64,000 nt of DNA, from positions 3,618,106-3,682,105 of the forward strand of contig NZ_LR882967.1 of NCBI RefSeq assembly GCF_904830925.1, given 5' to 3'. A program made the position numbers and the translations under genes. Of the stretch, positions 38,675 through 49,793 are shown piece by piece (position 1 is the stretch's first letter; each line of letters opens with the position of its first letter). The stretch is from Planktothrix pseudagardhii. Its GTDB lineage: Bacteria > Cyanobacteriota > Cyanobacteriia > Cyanobacteriales > Microcoleaceae. Below the pieces are notes generated by a model that made no database searches, had not been told where the DNA came from, and saw only the letters and a program-made list of their open reading frames with translations.

Positions 38675-39796
38675 ATGACAGCAACTTTGAGTCCCGATCA
38701 AGTGATTAAAGGGATATCAACCCATCTGCCTTCACTTTCTCAATCCGTTAATTTTATTGAGGCAGAAGAACACTTTATTCAACTGCTAAATTTAGAAAAT
38801 CTCGATCAAAAAATCAGTATTAAGCCAGAATTAGTACAACCTTTTGAAGTCACACTCAATACCGCTTTATTAAGGGCTTATACCGAAAAAGTTAACAATA
38901 ATGAGATTGATTTAGCCCATTTATTTTTACAACGCATTCTTTATCGAATTAATCGGCTGAATTTGTTTTGGTATGATGATTTAAAGCACTATAGCAACGA
39001 ACGGTCTTATTATTTAAACTGGGTGCGCGATCGCATTGAGGAAGTTTGGCAAACGTGGGAAAATGCCCAATTTGATTTGGAAGAATACAAACAACAAGAT
39101 ATTAAACAAGCGTTAAATGAACGCAGCGAGGTTGATCTCAATCCAGCGATTACTGAAAATAAATATTATTTGCGGCACGAAATGACCCTGGAAGGGTATA
39201 AACATTTATTAGCGATCGCTTCTTTAGATGGATTAGTAGAAGCCAGTCGAATGTCGCGGATTTTGGGCGGTGCGAGTAACGAAGTTCAAGCCACATTAAT
39301 CTTAGTATTACTCGAAGAATATGGCAATGGTCGTCTCAATCGAAAACATTCAACCTTTTTTGCTCAAATGATGGCAGAATTGGGGTTAGAGACGGAGCCA
39401 GAAGCTTATTTTAACATTGTTCCTTGGGAAGTTTTAGCCTCAATTAATCATAATTTTCTCCTAACAGAATGCAAGCGTTATTTCTTACGTTATAACGGGG
39501 GCTTAACTTATTTTGAAATTGCTGGCCCTGCCATTTATACCGATTATAAATTAGCCGCAGAACGACTCAAACTTTCAGATACGGCAATGGGGTATTGGGC
39601 ATTACATATCCGCGAAGATGAACGTCATGGTCGCTGGATGTTAGACAAAGTGGCATTACCGTTAGTGGATCGATATCCGAATGATGCTTGGCAAATTCTA
39701 CTCGGTTATGACCAAGAAAAATGGATGGGCGATCGGGCTGGGGATGCCGTGATTAAAGCGGTTAAACAAGCAGAAAAATCGGTTAGCAATTCCTAA
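38675..39796 (+). CDS. Heme-oxygenase-like fold protein (iron-containing redox enzyme / HDO-type diiron oxidase candidate)
   Basis: 373 aa, all-helical. Paired E...H-containing helices (LLEEYGNG...HSTFF; ...HIREDERHGRW) fit the heme-oxygenase-like diiron oxidase / TenA-PqqC-like superfamily. The assignment is tentative. Confidence 0.4.
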   Translation: MTATLSPDQVIKGISTHLPSLSQSVNFIEAEEHFIQLLNLENLDQKISIKPELVQPFEVTLNTALLRAYTEKVNNNEIDLAHLFLQRILYRINRLNLFWYDDLKHYSNERSYYLNWVRDRIEEVWQTWENAQFDLEEYKQQDIKQALNERSEVDLNPAITENKYYLRHEMTLEGYKHLLAIASLDGLVEASRMSRILGGASNEVQATLILVLLEEYGNGRLNRKHSTFFAQMMAELGLETEPEAYFNIVPWEVLASINHNFLLTECKRYFLRYNGGLTYFEIAGPAIYTDYKLAAERLKLSDTAMGYWALHIREDERHGRWMLDKVALPLVDRYPNDAWQILLGYDQEKWMGDRAGDAVIKAVKQAEKSVSNS

Positions 39797-39844
39797 TTCA
39801 ATTTTCAACAATTTCCAATTAACATTTATCTCTAAATATTCATC

Positions 39845-40588
39845 ATGCAAAGCGGATTATTACCTTCTAATCAAGTTACAGAATCTTATTCTCCTGATCA
39901 AGTATTCTTCTGTCCTGAAGAATCTCAATTTTACTCTCAATGTATTGAGAAAATGGTATTAAATCAATGTACACCCTTTGACTCAATTATTGAATTTGGG
40001 ACGGGTGAAGGAAGTCCTGTCATTAATTGTTTACTTAAAACTCGATTTAAAGGCTGTATTCATGGCTATGAATTAAACAGTGATGCTTGTAAATTAGCTC
40101 GGTCTACTATTGAGCAATATCAGCTTAGAAACAAGTATATTATTCATAATGAATGTTTTTTTAGTGCTTCCCCTGGTTCCGCGAGTTATTTAATTGCAAA
40201 TCCTCCTTATCTTCCGGCACCTGATAATGATTTATATATGCCTGCTTTGTATGGAGGAATTGATGGAGCTACGATTACAAAGAAGCTGTTTACAGTGGGT
40301 TGTAAGAATGTTTTATTAATGATTGCAGCTTATTCTAATCCGGTAGAAACTATTGAGTATGCTCAAGCACAGGGTTATCAAGTGGTTGATTTTATGATTT
40401 CACCGTTAAAGTTTGGTTACTATAGTTGCGAACCAAAAGTTAAACAAACCATTGAAAACCTTCAGAAAAAACAGAAAGCCTTTTATTCTGAAAATATCTA
40501 CTTTTTAGCCGGGGTTCTGTTTAAAAAAGAAGATCCTTTAAATGTTGATTTATCAGCAGAATTGTTGAAGGTTATGACCGCGTTATAA
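39845..40588 (+). CDS. SAM-dependent methyltransferase with an NPPY motif (HemK/PrmC-like N-methyltransferase class)
   Basis: Motif I is IIEFGTGEGSPVI. LIANPPYLPAPDN is the (D/N)PPY motif of amino-methyltransferases. Confidence 0.6.
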   Translation: MQSGLLPSNQVTESYSPDQVFFCPEESQFYSQCIEKMVLNQCTPFDSIIEFGTGEGSPVINCLLKTRFKGCIHGYELNSDACKLARSTIEQYQLRNKYIIHNECFFSASPGSASYLIANPPYLPAPDNDLYMPALYGGIDGATITKKLFTVGCKNVLLMIAAYSNPVETIEYAQAQGYQVVDFMISPLKFGYYSCEPKVKQTIENLQKKQKAFYSENIYFLAGVLFKKEDPLNVDLSAELLKVMTAL

Positions 40589-40739
40589 CAGAAGGCAGGA
40601 GTAGAATGCTTTCCCCCATTCCTCAAGCATAACTAATATTTTGTTGTGTCGCCTCAGACCCCCATAATTCCGCCAAACGATTATTATTTTATTGTTAAAA
40701 ATTTTAGGGTGCGTGCGCGTTGCTTACACACCCTACGGG

Positions 40740-41732
40740 TTATATTTTTAAGTTTTGACGGGGTTTAAAGGTTTCAATTTGACGTAATTTTTCATATAAT
40801 TCTCGTTCTTCGGGAGTAATATTTTTAGGAATAACCACTTGAATTTCAATTAATTGATCGCCCCGTTCTCCTTCAAGATTCGGATAACCTTTATTGGCTA
40901 ATCGTAACCGTTGACCCGATACCACCCCCGCAGGTAAACGCATTTTAACCAAACCATCTAACGTAGGAACATCAATTTCTCCCCCTAATACTGCTTCTGT
41001 GGGAGTGACAGGAATTTGACAATAAATTTCTGATTTTTCTATTCTAAAAAAGGGATGGGGAGTAATATTAATTTTTAAAAATAAGTCTCCCCCATTAATT
41101 CCTTGATTTCTCAAACGGATTTGTTGACCCTTCACCATTCCTGGGGGTAAATCCACTTCTAAAGACCGTCCATCTTCTAAACGGATGCGTTCTGTTCCTC
41201 CGGTATAAGCTTTTTCTAACGGTAAGGTTAATCGCGCCTCAATATCCCGTTTTGTTTCGCGGGGAGTGGGTTTATAAACTGCTTTTGTTCGAGGAGAATC
41301 ATAGGGGTCAGTGGAGGTCATTTGAGGGGAGTTTTTCGGGTCAACGGTTCGCACTTCCCGCCGCCGTCCTAATAATTGATCAATGAAGGTATCAAAATCA
41401 GAATAATCTCCATAATCTACATCTTCAGTTTGAGAAATTGTCCGACGACTTCCCCAGTTTTTAATTCCTGAAAACGCATTTTTTTGCCAATCTTGAAACC
41501 CTTTTTGTTTCCAAAATTGACTATAATTATCATATTCTAATCGTTTTTCAGGATCAGATAAAATATTATAAGCTTCTCCAATATCTTTAAATTTTTCTTC
41601 TGCTTCCTTATCCCCAGGATTTAAGTCCGGGTGATATTGTCTGGCTAGTCTGCGATACACTTTCTTAATTTCATCAACAGATGCTTCGCGCGAAACCCCT
41701 AAAATTTGATAATAATTCCGAAAATTTTGCAT
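40740..41732 (-). CDS. DnaJ-family co-chaperone (J domain + DnaJ C-terminal domains, no zinc-finger region); DnaJ3-like
   Basis: J domain [33 protein letters not shown]. The C-terminal beta-sandwich CTD has the motifs [16 protein letters not shown] and [16 protein letters not shown]. It is immediately downstream of dnaK. Confidence 0.8.
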   Translation of the reverse strand: MQNFRNYYQILGVSREASVDEIKKVYRRLARQYHPDLNPGDKEAEEKFKDIGEAYNILSDPEKRLEYDNYSQFWKQKGFQDWQKNAFSGIKNWGSRRTISQTEDVDYGDYSDFDTFIDQLLGRRREVRTVDPKNSPQMTSTDPYDSPRTKAVYKPTPRETKRDIEARLTLPLEKAYTGGTERIRLEDGRSLEVDLPPGMVKGQQIRLRNQGINGGDLFLKINITPHPFFRIEKSEIYCQIPVTPTEAVLGGEIDVPTLDGLVKMRLPAGVVSGQRLRLANKGYPNLEGERGDQLIEIQVVIPKNITPEERELYEKLRQIETFKPRQNLKI

Positions 41733-41771
41733 AGGTTAAATTTAGGTTAACGAGTTCATAATTAAGTGGTC

Positions 41772-41804
41772 AGAAACCCGGTTTCTTTTAGAAACCGGGT
41801 TTCT
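41772..41804. terminator. Pair of palindromic hairpins AGAAACCCGGTTTCT / AGAAACCGGGTTTCT between dnaK and dnaJ
   Basis: Two 15-nt near-perfect palindromes separated by TTT, located in the 76-bp dnaK-dnaJ spacer. A related motif recurs at 55315-55362. Confidence 0.5.
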
Positions 41805-41808
41805 AAGG

Positions 41809-43836
41809 TTACAACCAATCATCATCATCATCATCCCAATTATCACTAGGAGAATAGCGACGAGAACGTGATACACCTCCACCTAAACTACCGCCATTGC
41901 TGCTCCGTTGTTCATAACGGGAATAACTACGAGTCGGAGGTTCATAGGGATCAACTCGACGTTTTTCACCGGAAAAAGTTCGACGAATAGAACCAAATAA
42001 ATCATCTTCATCGTCCTCCGTCGCAAAAATCGAAACTTCCCGACTTAACTCATATAAAGCATCTTGTAAATCTACACTAATTTGATCAATTCCTCGTTCA
42101 TCATCTCGCTCTAAACTATCTCTTAAAGACCGAATTAAGGTTTCAATTCTTGACCGTTGACGTTGAGCAAATTGCATTCCATAATCTAAAGCAACTTCTC
42201 TTAATTGTCGTTCAGCTTGATAAGTTAACGCTTGGGCGCGGTTGCGTTTTTCGACTCGTTCTCGTTGTAAACGGTCAACTTCTGCATATTTTTCCGCATC
42301 TCGAATCATGCGATTAACTTCATCTTGAGATAAGGTAGAAGCACCTTGAATTACAACACTTTGTTCTCGTCCGGTGGTTTTATCTAAGGCGGTAACTTGT
42401 AAAATACCATTCGCATCAATATCAAGAGCGACTTGAATTTGTGGAACTCCTCGCGGTGCGGGCGGAATTCCAGTTAACTTAAACCGACCTAAAGATTTAT
42501 TATCAACGGCTAATTCCCGTTCTCCTTGTAAGATATGAACTTCTACCAAAGTTTGGTTATTTTCTGAAGTTGAAAAAATATCAGAACGACGCACTGGAAT
42601 AGTTGTATTACGGGGAATTAATTTTTTCATGACTCCCCCAATGGTTTCTAATCCTAACGATAAGGGAGTAACATCTAATAATAATACATCTCGTACATCT
42701 CCGGCTAAAATTCCCGCTTGAATTGCCGCACCAACCGCCACTACTTCATCAGGATTCACCCCTTGATTCGGTTCTAAATCAATTAACGTTCTAACTAATT
42801 GTTGCACCATTGGCATTCGAGTAGAACCACCGACTAAAATCACATCATCAATATCATTAGAAGTTAATCCCGCATCCGCTAACGCTTGTTTCACCGGACG
42901 ACGTAACCGTTGAATTAAATCCCCACATAATCCCTCAAATTCTCCTCTGGTTAAGCGGGTTTCTAAATGTTTTGGGCCGTCTTCTGTAGCAGCAATAAAG
43001 GGTAAATTAATATCCGTAACTCCAACGCCAGAAAGCTCAATTTTTGCTTTTTCAGCCGCTTCTGTTAACCGTTGTAACGATTGGCGATCGCGTCTTAAAT
43101 CTACTCCTTCTTCTGATAGAAATTGTTCTGCTAACCAATCGACAATTTTCTGATCAAAATCCGTTCCTCCCAGTTGCGTATCTCCACTGGTAGACTTGAC
43201 TTCAAATACCCCTTCTCCCACCTCTAAAACCGAGACATCAAAGGTTCCGCCCCCCAAATCAAACACTAAAATTGTGCCATAATCTCTGCGTTCTAAACCA
43301 TAAGCTAAAGAAGCCGCAGTCGGTTCATTTAAAATGCGTTTAACCTCTAATCCGGCAATGCGTCCGGCATCTCTAGTGGCTTGTCTTTGAGAATCATTAA
43401 AATAGGCAGGAACCGTAATCACAGCCCCGGTAATTTCTTCTCCTAAATACCGAGTCGCTTCTTCAACTAATTTTTTTAATATCATTGCCGAAATTTCTTC
43501 CGGCGCAAAATCTTTATTAACTCTGGGACATTTGATTCTAATATTATCCGTTTCATCCCGTCGCATCGTGTAGGGAACCCGTTTGGAGGCGGGAGACAGG
43601 TCAGAATAGCGACAACCCATCAGCCGTTTGACCCCATAAAAGGTGTTTTGGGGGTTCAAAACCGCCTGACGTCTAGCCATCTGTCCCACGATGCGTTCTC
43701 CTTCCTTGGTAAACCCAACGACGGAGGGGGTGGTTCGCATCCCTTCAGAGTTAGCAATCACAACGGGTTTACCGCCCTCCATGACCGCAACCACAGAGTT
43801 CGTTGTCCCCAAGTCAATGCCGACTACTTTGCCCAT
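41809..43836 (-). CDS. dnaK: Hsp70 chaperone DnaK (cyanobacterial DnaK3-type with extended acidic C-terminus)
   Basis: [28 protein letters not shown] and the full Hsp70 NBD and SBD are present. The C-terminal tail ends ...[11 protein letters not shown]. Confidence 0.95.
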   Translation of the reverse strand: MGKVVGIDLGTTNSVVAVMEGGKPVVIANSEGMRTTPSVVGFTKEGERIVGQMARRQAVLNPQNTFYGVKRLMGCRYSDLSPASKRVPYTMRRDETDNIRIKCPRVNKDFAPEEISAMILKKLVEEATRYLGEEITGAVITVPAYFNDSQRQATRDAGRIAGLEVKRILNEPTAASLAYGLERRDYGTILVFDLGGGTFDVSVLEVGEGVFEVKSTSGDTQLGGTDFDQKIVDWLAEQFLSEEGVDLRRDRQSLQRLTEAAEKAKIELSGVGVTDINLPFIAATEDGPKHLETRLTRGEFEGLCGDLIQRLRRPVKQALADAGLTSNDIDDVILVGGSTRMPMVQQLVRTLIDLEPNQGVNPDEVVAVGAAIQAGILAGDVRDVLLLDVTPLSLGLETIGGVMKKLIPRNTTIPVRRSDIFSTSENNQTLVEVHILQGERELAVDNKSLGRFKLTGIPPAPRGVPQIQVALDIDANGILQVTALDKTTGREQSVVIQGASTLSQDEVNRMIRDAEKYAEVDRLQRERVEKRNRAQALTYQAERQLREVALDYGMQFAQRQRSRIETLIRSLRDSLERDDERGIDQISVDLQDALYELSREVSIFATEDDEDDLFGSIRRTFSGEKRRVDPYEPPTRSYSRYEQRSSNGGSLGGGVSRSRRYSPSDNWDDDDDDWL

Positions 43837-44084
43837 GCGTTGGTTATCTCCTTGTCAATATGGTTTCTGGCTAGATCACCTTATATTCTATCGTGTTGTA
43901 ACGCAGTGTAACGTCTACTGGTTCCCTGACCTATAATTTAAGTTTGGGGCTATTCTTAATCTTGAAGACTACCGATCCTAATGATTTACAAATTTTGGCA
44001 CAAAATTAGGGCAGGTGTTAATCAATGATTTTTGAGGATCAAAAGTTAACTTTAACCCGCCCCTATCAACCCTAAAAATAGGTT

Positions 44085-45122
44085 TTAATTCCCTAAAACG
44101 GCATTTTTAATTTCAGAAGCTTGTAAATTTTCCCCAATAAATACTAATTGGGTTTGACGAGATTCTGTTGGTTTCCAGAGACGATCATAAAAGGTTTCAA
44201 TGCGATCGCCAACTCCTTGTAAAACTAACCGCATCGGTTTATGGGGAACCGAAACAAACCCTTTAATCCGGTAAATTTCCTGTTGTTTAACTATTGTTTT
44301 TAACCGTTCAATTAAGTCTTGAGGTTCAAAGTCTTGGGTTAAAATCACAGGAACTGAATTAATATTATCATCATGTTCGTGTTCTTCTTCAGTGTCATGA
44401 TGACTGGGACGGGCTTCTAAATTATCCTCAACGGCTGAATTAAACCCTAAAATCACATCAGGATGAATATTTCCCTGTTGACAAGAAACAATTTTAACGC
44501 CCTCACGCAATTCTTGTTTTAACCAGGTTTCAACTTTCTGTTGAGTTTCGGCATCAACATGATCGGTTTTTGTTAATAAAATTAAATCCGCACAGGCGAG
44601 TTGATCTTCAAATAATTCTTCAATAGGGGTTTCATGATCTAAATTAGGATCAGCTTGACGTTGGGCTTCAACTGCTTCAATATCCCCCACTAACGTCCCC
44701 TTAGCAATGGCTTCACAGTCTACTACGGTTATAACACCATCAACTGTTGCACCCGTGCGAATTTCCGGCCATCGGAAGGCTTGAACTAAGGGTTTTGGTA
44801 ATGCTAACCCAGAGGTTTCAATCACAATATGATCGATTTTATCTCGTCGTTTTAGAAGTTCTTGCATAGCGGGAAAAAACTCTTCCTGCACGGTACAACA
44901 TAAACAACCATTGGTGAGTTCTACTAAGTTGACTTCTGGGGTTTCATCATCGCAAACTTGACAAGAACGGATCAATTCTCCATCAATACCGACTTCTCCA
45001 AATTCATTCACTAAAACGGCTATGCGACGACCTTGATTATTTTGTAATAAATGACGAATGGTGGTGGTTTTTCCACTTCCTAAAAATCCAGTAATGACGG
45101 TAACAGGAATTTTGGCAGACAT
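44085..45122 (-). CDS. CobW/COG0523-family G3E GTPase (putative metal chaperone)
   Basis: P-loop GFLGSGKTT, the metal-binding motif GCLCCT, and the CobW C-terminal domain. Confidence 0.85.
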   Translation of the reverse strand: MSAKIPVTVITGFLGSGKTTTIRHLLQNNQGRRIAVLVNEFGEVGIDGELIRSCQVCDDETPEVNLVELTNGCLCCTVQEEFFPAMQELLKRRDKIDHIVIETSGLALPKPLVQAFRWPEIRTGATVDGVITVVDCEAIAKGTLVGDIEAVEAQRQADPNLDHETPIEELFEDQLACADLILLTKTDHVDAETQQKVETWLKQELREGVKIVSCQQGNIHPDVILGFNSAVEDNLEARPSHHDTEEEHEHDDNINSVPVILTQDFEPQDLIERLKTIVKQQEIYRIKGFVSVPHKPMRLVLQGVGDRIETFYDRLWKPTESRQTQLVFIGENLQASEIKNAVLGN

Positions 45123-45210
45123 AAGATTGAGTTAAAGATTAAAGGTAAAAAGTAGAGATGTTCTCTTCAACATCTCTACAGCAGTAAAACTGAAATATAC
45201 TTAAGGGAAA

Positions 45211-45891
45211 TTAGCCTGTAATTGCACTAGATAAAGCAATTACCCCAATCGCTACAACAGCAAAACCTGAATATTTGATCAGGGAATATTTGCTAGTTTC
45301 TAAGGTTTGTTGGAAGGATTGAGCGAGTTTCATCGTCGCTCCCGCTATTCCCAATTGAATCAAAGTAAATCCTGCCAAATAGGAGATTAAAGGCATCATT
45401 CCTGCCCCCATAATTGATTCTCCATAGGCATAGCCATGAAATAAACCCGCTACGCTTGCTAAACTGATTAATACGGCTAGGGGTAATTGTTTTTTCAGCA
45501 CTAATAAAATGCCAATGGTAATCACCGATAGGGCGATCGCCACTTCAGGAACCGGCAAATTAAAACTCATTAAATGGATTGCTGTCCCTAACATAGCAGC
45601 CCCTAGAAACCCGACAATTATCCAAATTCCACCCACAATACTAGCTGCAATTAAACCAATGGAAAGAATAAAGGCAAAGTGATCAATTCCAATGATGGGA
45701 TGAGCGAGTCCTGATAAAAATCCTTCAAAAAAATTCTTCGGAATTCGACCGCCAAAGGCATGATGGGCTGTGGCAGGTTGCGCCATCAACAGTAATAATA
45801 AACTGATGCCTAAAAAAAAGACTCGATTATTATTTTGTAGCGAGAAATCCTGACAAAAACGCTGAAATGATTTGAACATCATAAACATCAT
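45211..45891 (-). CDS. HupE/UreJ-family metal (Ni/Co) transporter
   Basis: 226 aa. Signal/TM segment, then the His-rich motif TAHHAFGG and GIDHFAFIL. There are six predicted TM helices. Confidence 0.7.
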   Translation of the reverse strand: MMFMMFKSFQRFCQDFSLQNNNRVFFLGISLLLLLMAQPATAHHAFGGRIPKNFFEGFLSGLAHPIIGIDHFAFILSIGLIAASIVGGIWIIVGFLGAAMLGTAIHLMSFNLPVPEVAIALSVITIGILLVLKKQLPLAVLISLASVAGLFHGYAYGESIMGAGMMPLISYLAGFTLIQLGIAGATMKLAQSFQQTLETSKYSLIKYSGFAVVAIGVIALSSAITG

Positions 45892-46132
45892 CTGTACCGC
45901 GCAGATGTGTGAAAGAATAATCTGATTTCGGTGGGTATTCTGACTTAGAGATCAAGACTCTCATCACAGTTGCGGGACAGTGTTGGATTTGCGCCAAACT
46001 TTCCCCTTACTTCTAGCGACTGTTCCCCGCTAGAACCGACTCAGATCCTTGACTGTATCATAGGATTACATTTTAGTCAAAAATTTCTCCCAGTATTTAA
46101 CTAGGAGAAATCTCAGAGATCCATTCAAAAAA

Positions 46133-46576
46133 TTACCATTTTTTATACGGTAAGAATTTTCCATTCATCGTGACTTTAACCCGATCACCATTTGGATCTT
46201 CAATTTTATCCACATCTAAGGTAAAATCAATAGCGCTCATAATACCATCTCCAAATTTTTCATGAATGACACTTTTGAGGGGCATTCCATAGACTTGCAT
46301 AATTTCATAAAATCGATAAATTAAGGGATCAGTTGGAATCACAGGCTCCAGTGATCCTTTTACTGGATAATCAGTCAAGGCTTCAATATATTCTGAACTT
46401 AAACCTAACGCTTCAATCAGTTTTTTGGCTTCTTCATAAGAAGCACTAGCTTGCCGATAGATAACAGCAGCAATCCAAACTTCATCGCGTCCCAATAGTT
46501 GTTCTAAATCAGAAAATGTGACTCCTTTATGTTTTTTTGCGGCTAACAATTTTTCAGTGATTTCTGAAACAGCCAT
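46133..46576 (-). CDS. cynS: Cyanate hydratase (cyanase)
   Basis: 147 aa. The N-terminal HTH-like region ...[29 protein letters not shown]... and the C-terminal catalytic motif ...[17 protein letters not shown] are typical of CynS. Confidence 0.85.
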   Translation of the reverse strand: MAVSEITEKLLAAKKHKGVTFSDLEQLLGRDEVWIAAVIYRQASASYEEAKKLIEALGLSSEYIEALTDYPVKGSLEPVIPTDPLIYRFYEIMQVYGMPLKSVIHEKFGDGIMSAIDFTLDVDKIEDPNGDRVKVTMNGKFLPYKKW

Positions 46577-46683
46577 GTAATCTTCCTCGTAGAATTTATA
46601 GCGTGTAGAATCATCTCAGATTATAAAATAGTTTGGGTCAATATTAACAAAAGTTTTTGATTTTTAGAAAAGGTAGGTTATCC

Positions 46684-47586
46684 TTATTGGGTGGGATGTT
46701 TGGGCAGGGGTTTAGGAGGAACGGGCAAGGGTCGAGTCTGAGTGGTTTGTAATTGTTTAACAACGGACAATAAACGTCTCAGATGGGGTTTAATCACCTC
46801 TTTATGTTCTTGGGTTAGTGCATCTAATCTCGTTTGAATTTGGGATAAATCTACCGAGGAAGAAGGTTGTACAGATTTTTCTTGTTGTAATTGATGAATG
46901 ACATCTTGAATTTCTACAAATCGGCCTTGAAAATCCTGTTGAGTTACAGCATTATTTCTTAATTCGTAGGTAATATCCTGTAATTGTTTCAAATTTTCTT
47001 GTAACGATTCTAAATGGACAAATTCTGTTGAGGAAAAATTGTGTAATTCTTGACGAAACTGCTCCCGAACTTCTTCTAAAGCTCCAGCAATATGTTCCTG
47101 CATGGATGTTACTGACTGTCCTAAAGCGGCAACTTGTTTAGCCCGATAAACCGATTCTAAAGCGTCTGTGTTCGGATATTCTTCTAATTTTTGCTGGAGG
47201 GATTCAATTTCATTGAGGAGTTGTTGTCTCAACCCCATAACCACTTTAACCGTATTTTTTTCTAACTTTTCAACGGAATTTTGAACCTGTACAATTTCCA
47301 TTTGACTTTGATGGGTTTGTTGTTCTAAACGATAGCGGTTAGCAACATTTAATGAAACTGCTAAGGTTAAGGGGGCAACGCCATAAAAGGCTTGACCGGA
47401 AAGGGCAACAACTCCAGAACCGATGGCTGAACTTGCTAGGGAGAGATACTCTAACCACTCTAACCAATGCCGTTGTTTCAACGTTGAAAAAACCGTTCTA
47501 GGAAAGATAGAGTTAGGCATTGGCATAGCGCTAGGAGTTATAGCATGGGGTCGAGAAGGATGGGCAGAAGAGGCTGGAGGAAACAT
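46684..47586 (-). CDS. Hypothetical coiled-coil protein with an N-terminal hydrophobic segment
   Basis: The track ORF is 300 aa; the true start is probably an internal Met. The product is Gln/Glu/Leu-rich helical, and I recognise no family. Confidence 0.3.
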   Translation of the reverse strand: MFPPASSAHPSRPHAITPSAMPMPNSIFPRTVFSTLKQRHWLEWLEYLSLASSAIGSGVVALSGQAFYGVAPLTLAVSLNVANRYRLEQQTHQSQMEIVQVQNSVEKLEKNTVKVVMGLRQQLLNEIESLQQKLEEYPNTDALESVYRAKQVAALGQSVTSMQEHIAGALEEVREQFRQELHNFSSTEFVHLESLQENLKQLQDITYELRNNAVTQQDFQGRFVEIQDVIHQLQQEKSVQPSSSVDLSQIQTRLDALTQEHKEVIKPHLRRLLSVVKQLQTTQTRPLPVPPKPLPKHPTQ

Positions 47587-48025
47587 AATAATCTATTTTA
47601 CTGGCTAGAGTAGGACAGAGTGGCTAACTCCAGAATACAGAAATTAATCGATCAACGCACGCAAAATTTACTAAGTGATACTCGCTTCCTGAGTGCTTAA
47701 CTGTTAAGATGTTGGGGTCGGACAGAATCAGTTTAACTTCTGCCGTGATTGTCTTGACTGGTCTGGATTTTAACACCTTTAACTCTTGTTTTCAATCCTC
47801 ATCCCTAGAAAATGGGGTTTGTAAAAGGGTAACAAAAGACTCAAAAAACGATAATTCCTAGGAGATGAATGACCATGAAACCTAATGAACCCTTAAAATC
47901 CGATAGGTTGCGCTCAATATTGAGTCTTACAACTTTTGTGATTTTAGTGATTGGGGTTGGGTTTCTAAGTGTGAATTTTATTCTGGCTTTAATTCACAAA
48001 TTATCATCAATAATTTAACGGATTT

Positions 48026-48319
48026 TTAGGGAATCAATTTCGACATTTGATAAGCTCGACTTTCTACAATAGGCATTTGTAATTCGCCCATTGCTTCGTC
48101 GAGTTGTTGGATTTTAGATTCGGGAACAGCATCCCATTGGGTCTGAGACTCCCAACGAATCACTAAAACAATTTCCTGTTGTTCAGCATTAACCCAAATT
48201 TCTTTTCCTAAAAACCCAGGAAACTCTTGAAGTCCGGCTGTCCAAACTTCTTCATCCCGTTGAATAAAGGCTTCCCATTTTTCAGGGGGAACTTGAAATT
48301 TTAACCACTCAATAACCAT
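48026..48319 (-). CDS. Small conserved hypothetical protein
   Basis: 97-aa ORF (MVIEWLKFQVPPEKWEAF...), compact with good coding character. The family is not confidently recognised. Confidence 0.3.
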   Translation of the reverse strand: MVIEWLKFQVPPEKWEAFIQRDEEVWTAGLQEFPGFLGKEIWVNAEQQEIVLVIRWESQTQWDAVPESKIQQLDEAMGELQMPIVESRAYQMSKLIP

Positions 48320-48373
48320 AATTTTTGGTGCTAATTTCCGATTTGGTATTCCCTCTCCTTCTCCCTATTTCCT

Positions 48374-48898
48374 TTAACTTTGAAAATATTGTCCTGCTAA
48401 ACGCATCGCATCCGCAACATCAACATCTCCATCGCCATCTGCATCTAAAAAACTATTCAAAACTTGATTAGAACCTCCTTGAGGTTGTTGTTGATTTGTT
48501 CCGGTTTTTAGAAGGTTTAAAACTAAAGGAACAACCACTGGTAAAAGGGATTGAAGGGTTTGGGAACTAACACCCGTATGTTGAGAAATAGTTTGAATTA
48601 ATTGTTGTTGCTGAGTGGGAGAAAATAACATTTGAACCGCCTGGGTACTCGGTGTTGTTCCTCCAAATTCATTGACGATATTTTGAGTCGCCTCATTTCC
48701 AAGTTGGGTTCGTTTTTCTTGTAAAGAAGACCGAACAGAACTCCCCACCATTGACATCACCATTTGACTGGTTTGAGGAGAAATACCTAATTGGTTCCCA
48801 AGCTGTTGAGCCGTATTGAGAATATTACTCATCTGAGTGCTGTTTCCGGCTTGGTTTGGATCATTGAGAGCCGTTATAATTTGATCGAATAGTCCCAT
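48374..48898 (-). CDS. DUF937 (YidB-like) family protein
   Basis: The N-terminal MGLFDQIITALNDPNQ and the C-terminal DADGDGDVDVADAMRLAGQYF match the YidB/DUF937 layout. Confidence 0.5.
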   Translation of the reverse strand: MGLFDQIITALNDPNQAGNSTQMSNILNTAQQLGNQLGISPQTSQMVMSMVGSSVRSSLQEKRTQLGNEATQNIVNEFGGTTPSTQAVQMLFSPTQQQQLIQTISQHTGVSSQTLQSLLPVVVPLVLNLLKTGTNQQQPQGGSNQVLNSFLDADGDGDVDVADAMRLAGQYFQS

Positions 48899-48978
48899 AG
48901 TGTTCCTAAAGTCCTAATACAAATAAACTATCTTGAAGTTTAACTCTATTTTAACTGATCTTTCGTCAACTGCTTAAA

Positions 48979-49793
48979 TTAAATCGATAAAAAATTTGTT
49001 ATTCCTGTCCAATTTAAGGGCGGTGAAAACCAATATCCTTGTCCGGCTTCGCAACCCAAGGATTGTAAAATTTCTTTTTGAACTGGGGTTTCTATCCCTT
49101 CAGCAATAATATCTAAATTCAGGCATTTGGCTAAATTAACAATGGTTTTTGTGATTTCCAAATCTTTCCCTGGAGATTCTAAATTTTTGACAAAACTCCT
49201 ATCAATTTTTAGGGTATCAATGGGTAAATTCTGTAAATAACTTAAAGAAGAATATCCGGTTCCAAAATCATCTGTAATTGATGAGAAAGAATTTCAACAT
49301 CAATTAACATTCCATCTTTCTTGCGATGTTTAGATAGATTTTTTTGATCACTACTTTTAGCATTTGATGTCATCAAAAGTTTAAACGATTCAGACTCTTC
49401 AGGAGAACACAGATCTAAAATTGTCATCTTCAGAAATTCTGATTCTGAATAACCATAATGAGCGATCGCAGCTTCATTAACAGCCAAAAATTTTAACGTT
49501 TTTAGATCATAAACCCCAATAGGTTGAGGATGATTCAAAAATAAATCTCGATACCGTTTTTCGGAAAGTTGCAAACGCTGGGTTTCTTGACGAATTAAAT
49601 AATAGAGGAGGAGACTGGTAATTAAGATAAAAAACCAGCCTTTAATCGTTTGAAAAACCGTAATAGAATAGGGATAATGGGCTAATAGGGCTAATAGATG
49701 ATCAGAAAAAGCAATCCAAAGACCACCCGTTATTGCATAAATTAAAGTAATTTGATAGCATGGATCAATCAGTAATTTTTTCCAGAATTTCAT
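48979..49793 (-). pseudogene. Decayed c-di-GMP signalling gene: membrane-anchored PAS domain (49793-49242) abutting only the last approximately 85 residues of an EAL domain (49238-48979). The GGDEF domain and most of the EAL domain are missing.
   Basis: The N-terminal ORF has 2 TM helices and a PAS domain (...IGVYDLKTLKFLAVNEAAIAHYGY...) and ends at a TAA. Reading on without a Met, the next frame gives ...LQNLPIDTLKIDRSFVKNL...TIVNLAKCLNLDIIAEGIETPVQKEILQSLGCEAGQGYWFSPP, which is the C-terminal block of an EAL phosphodiesterase. Confidence 0.55.
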
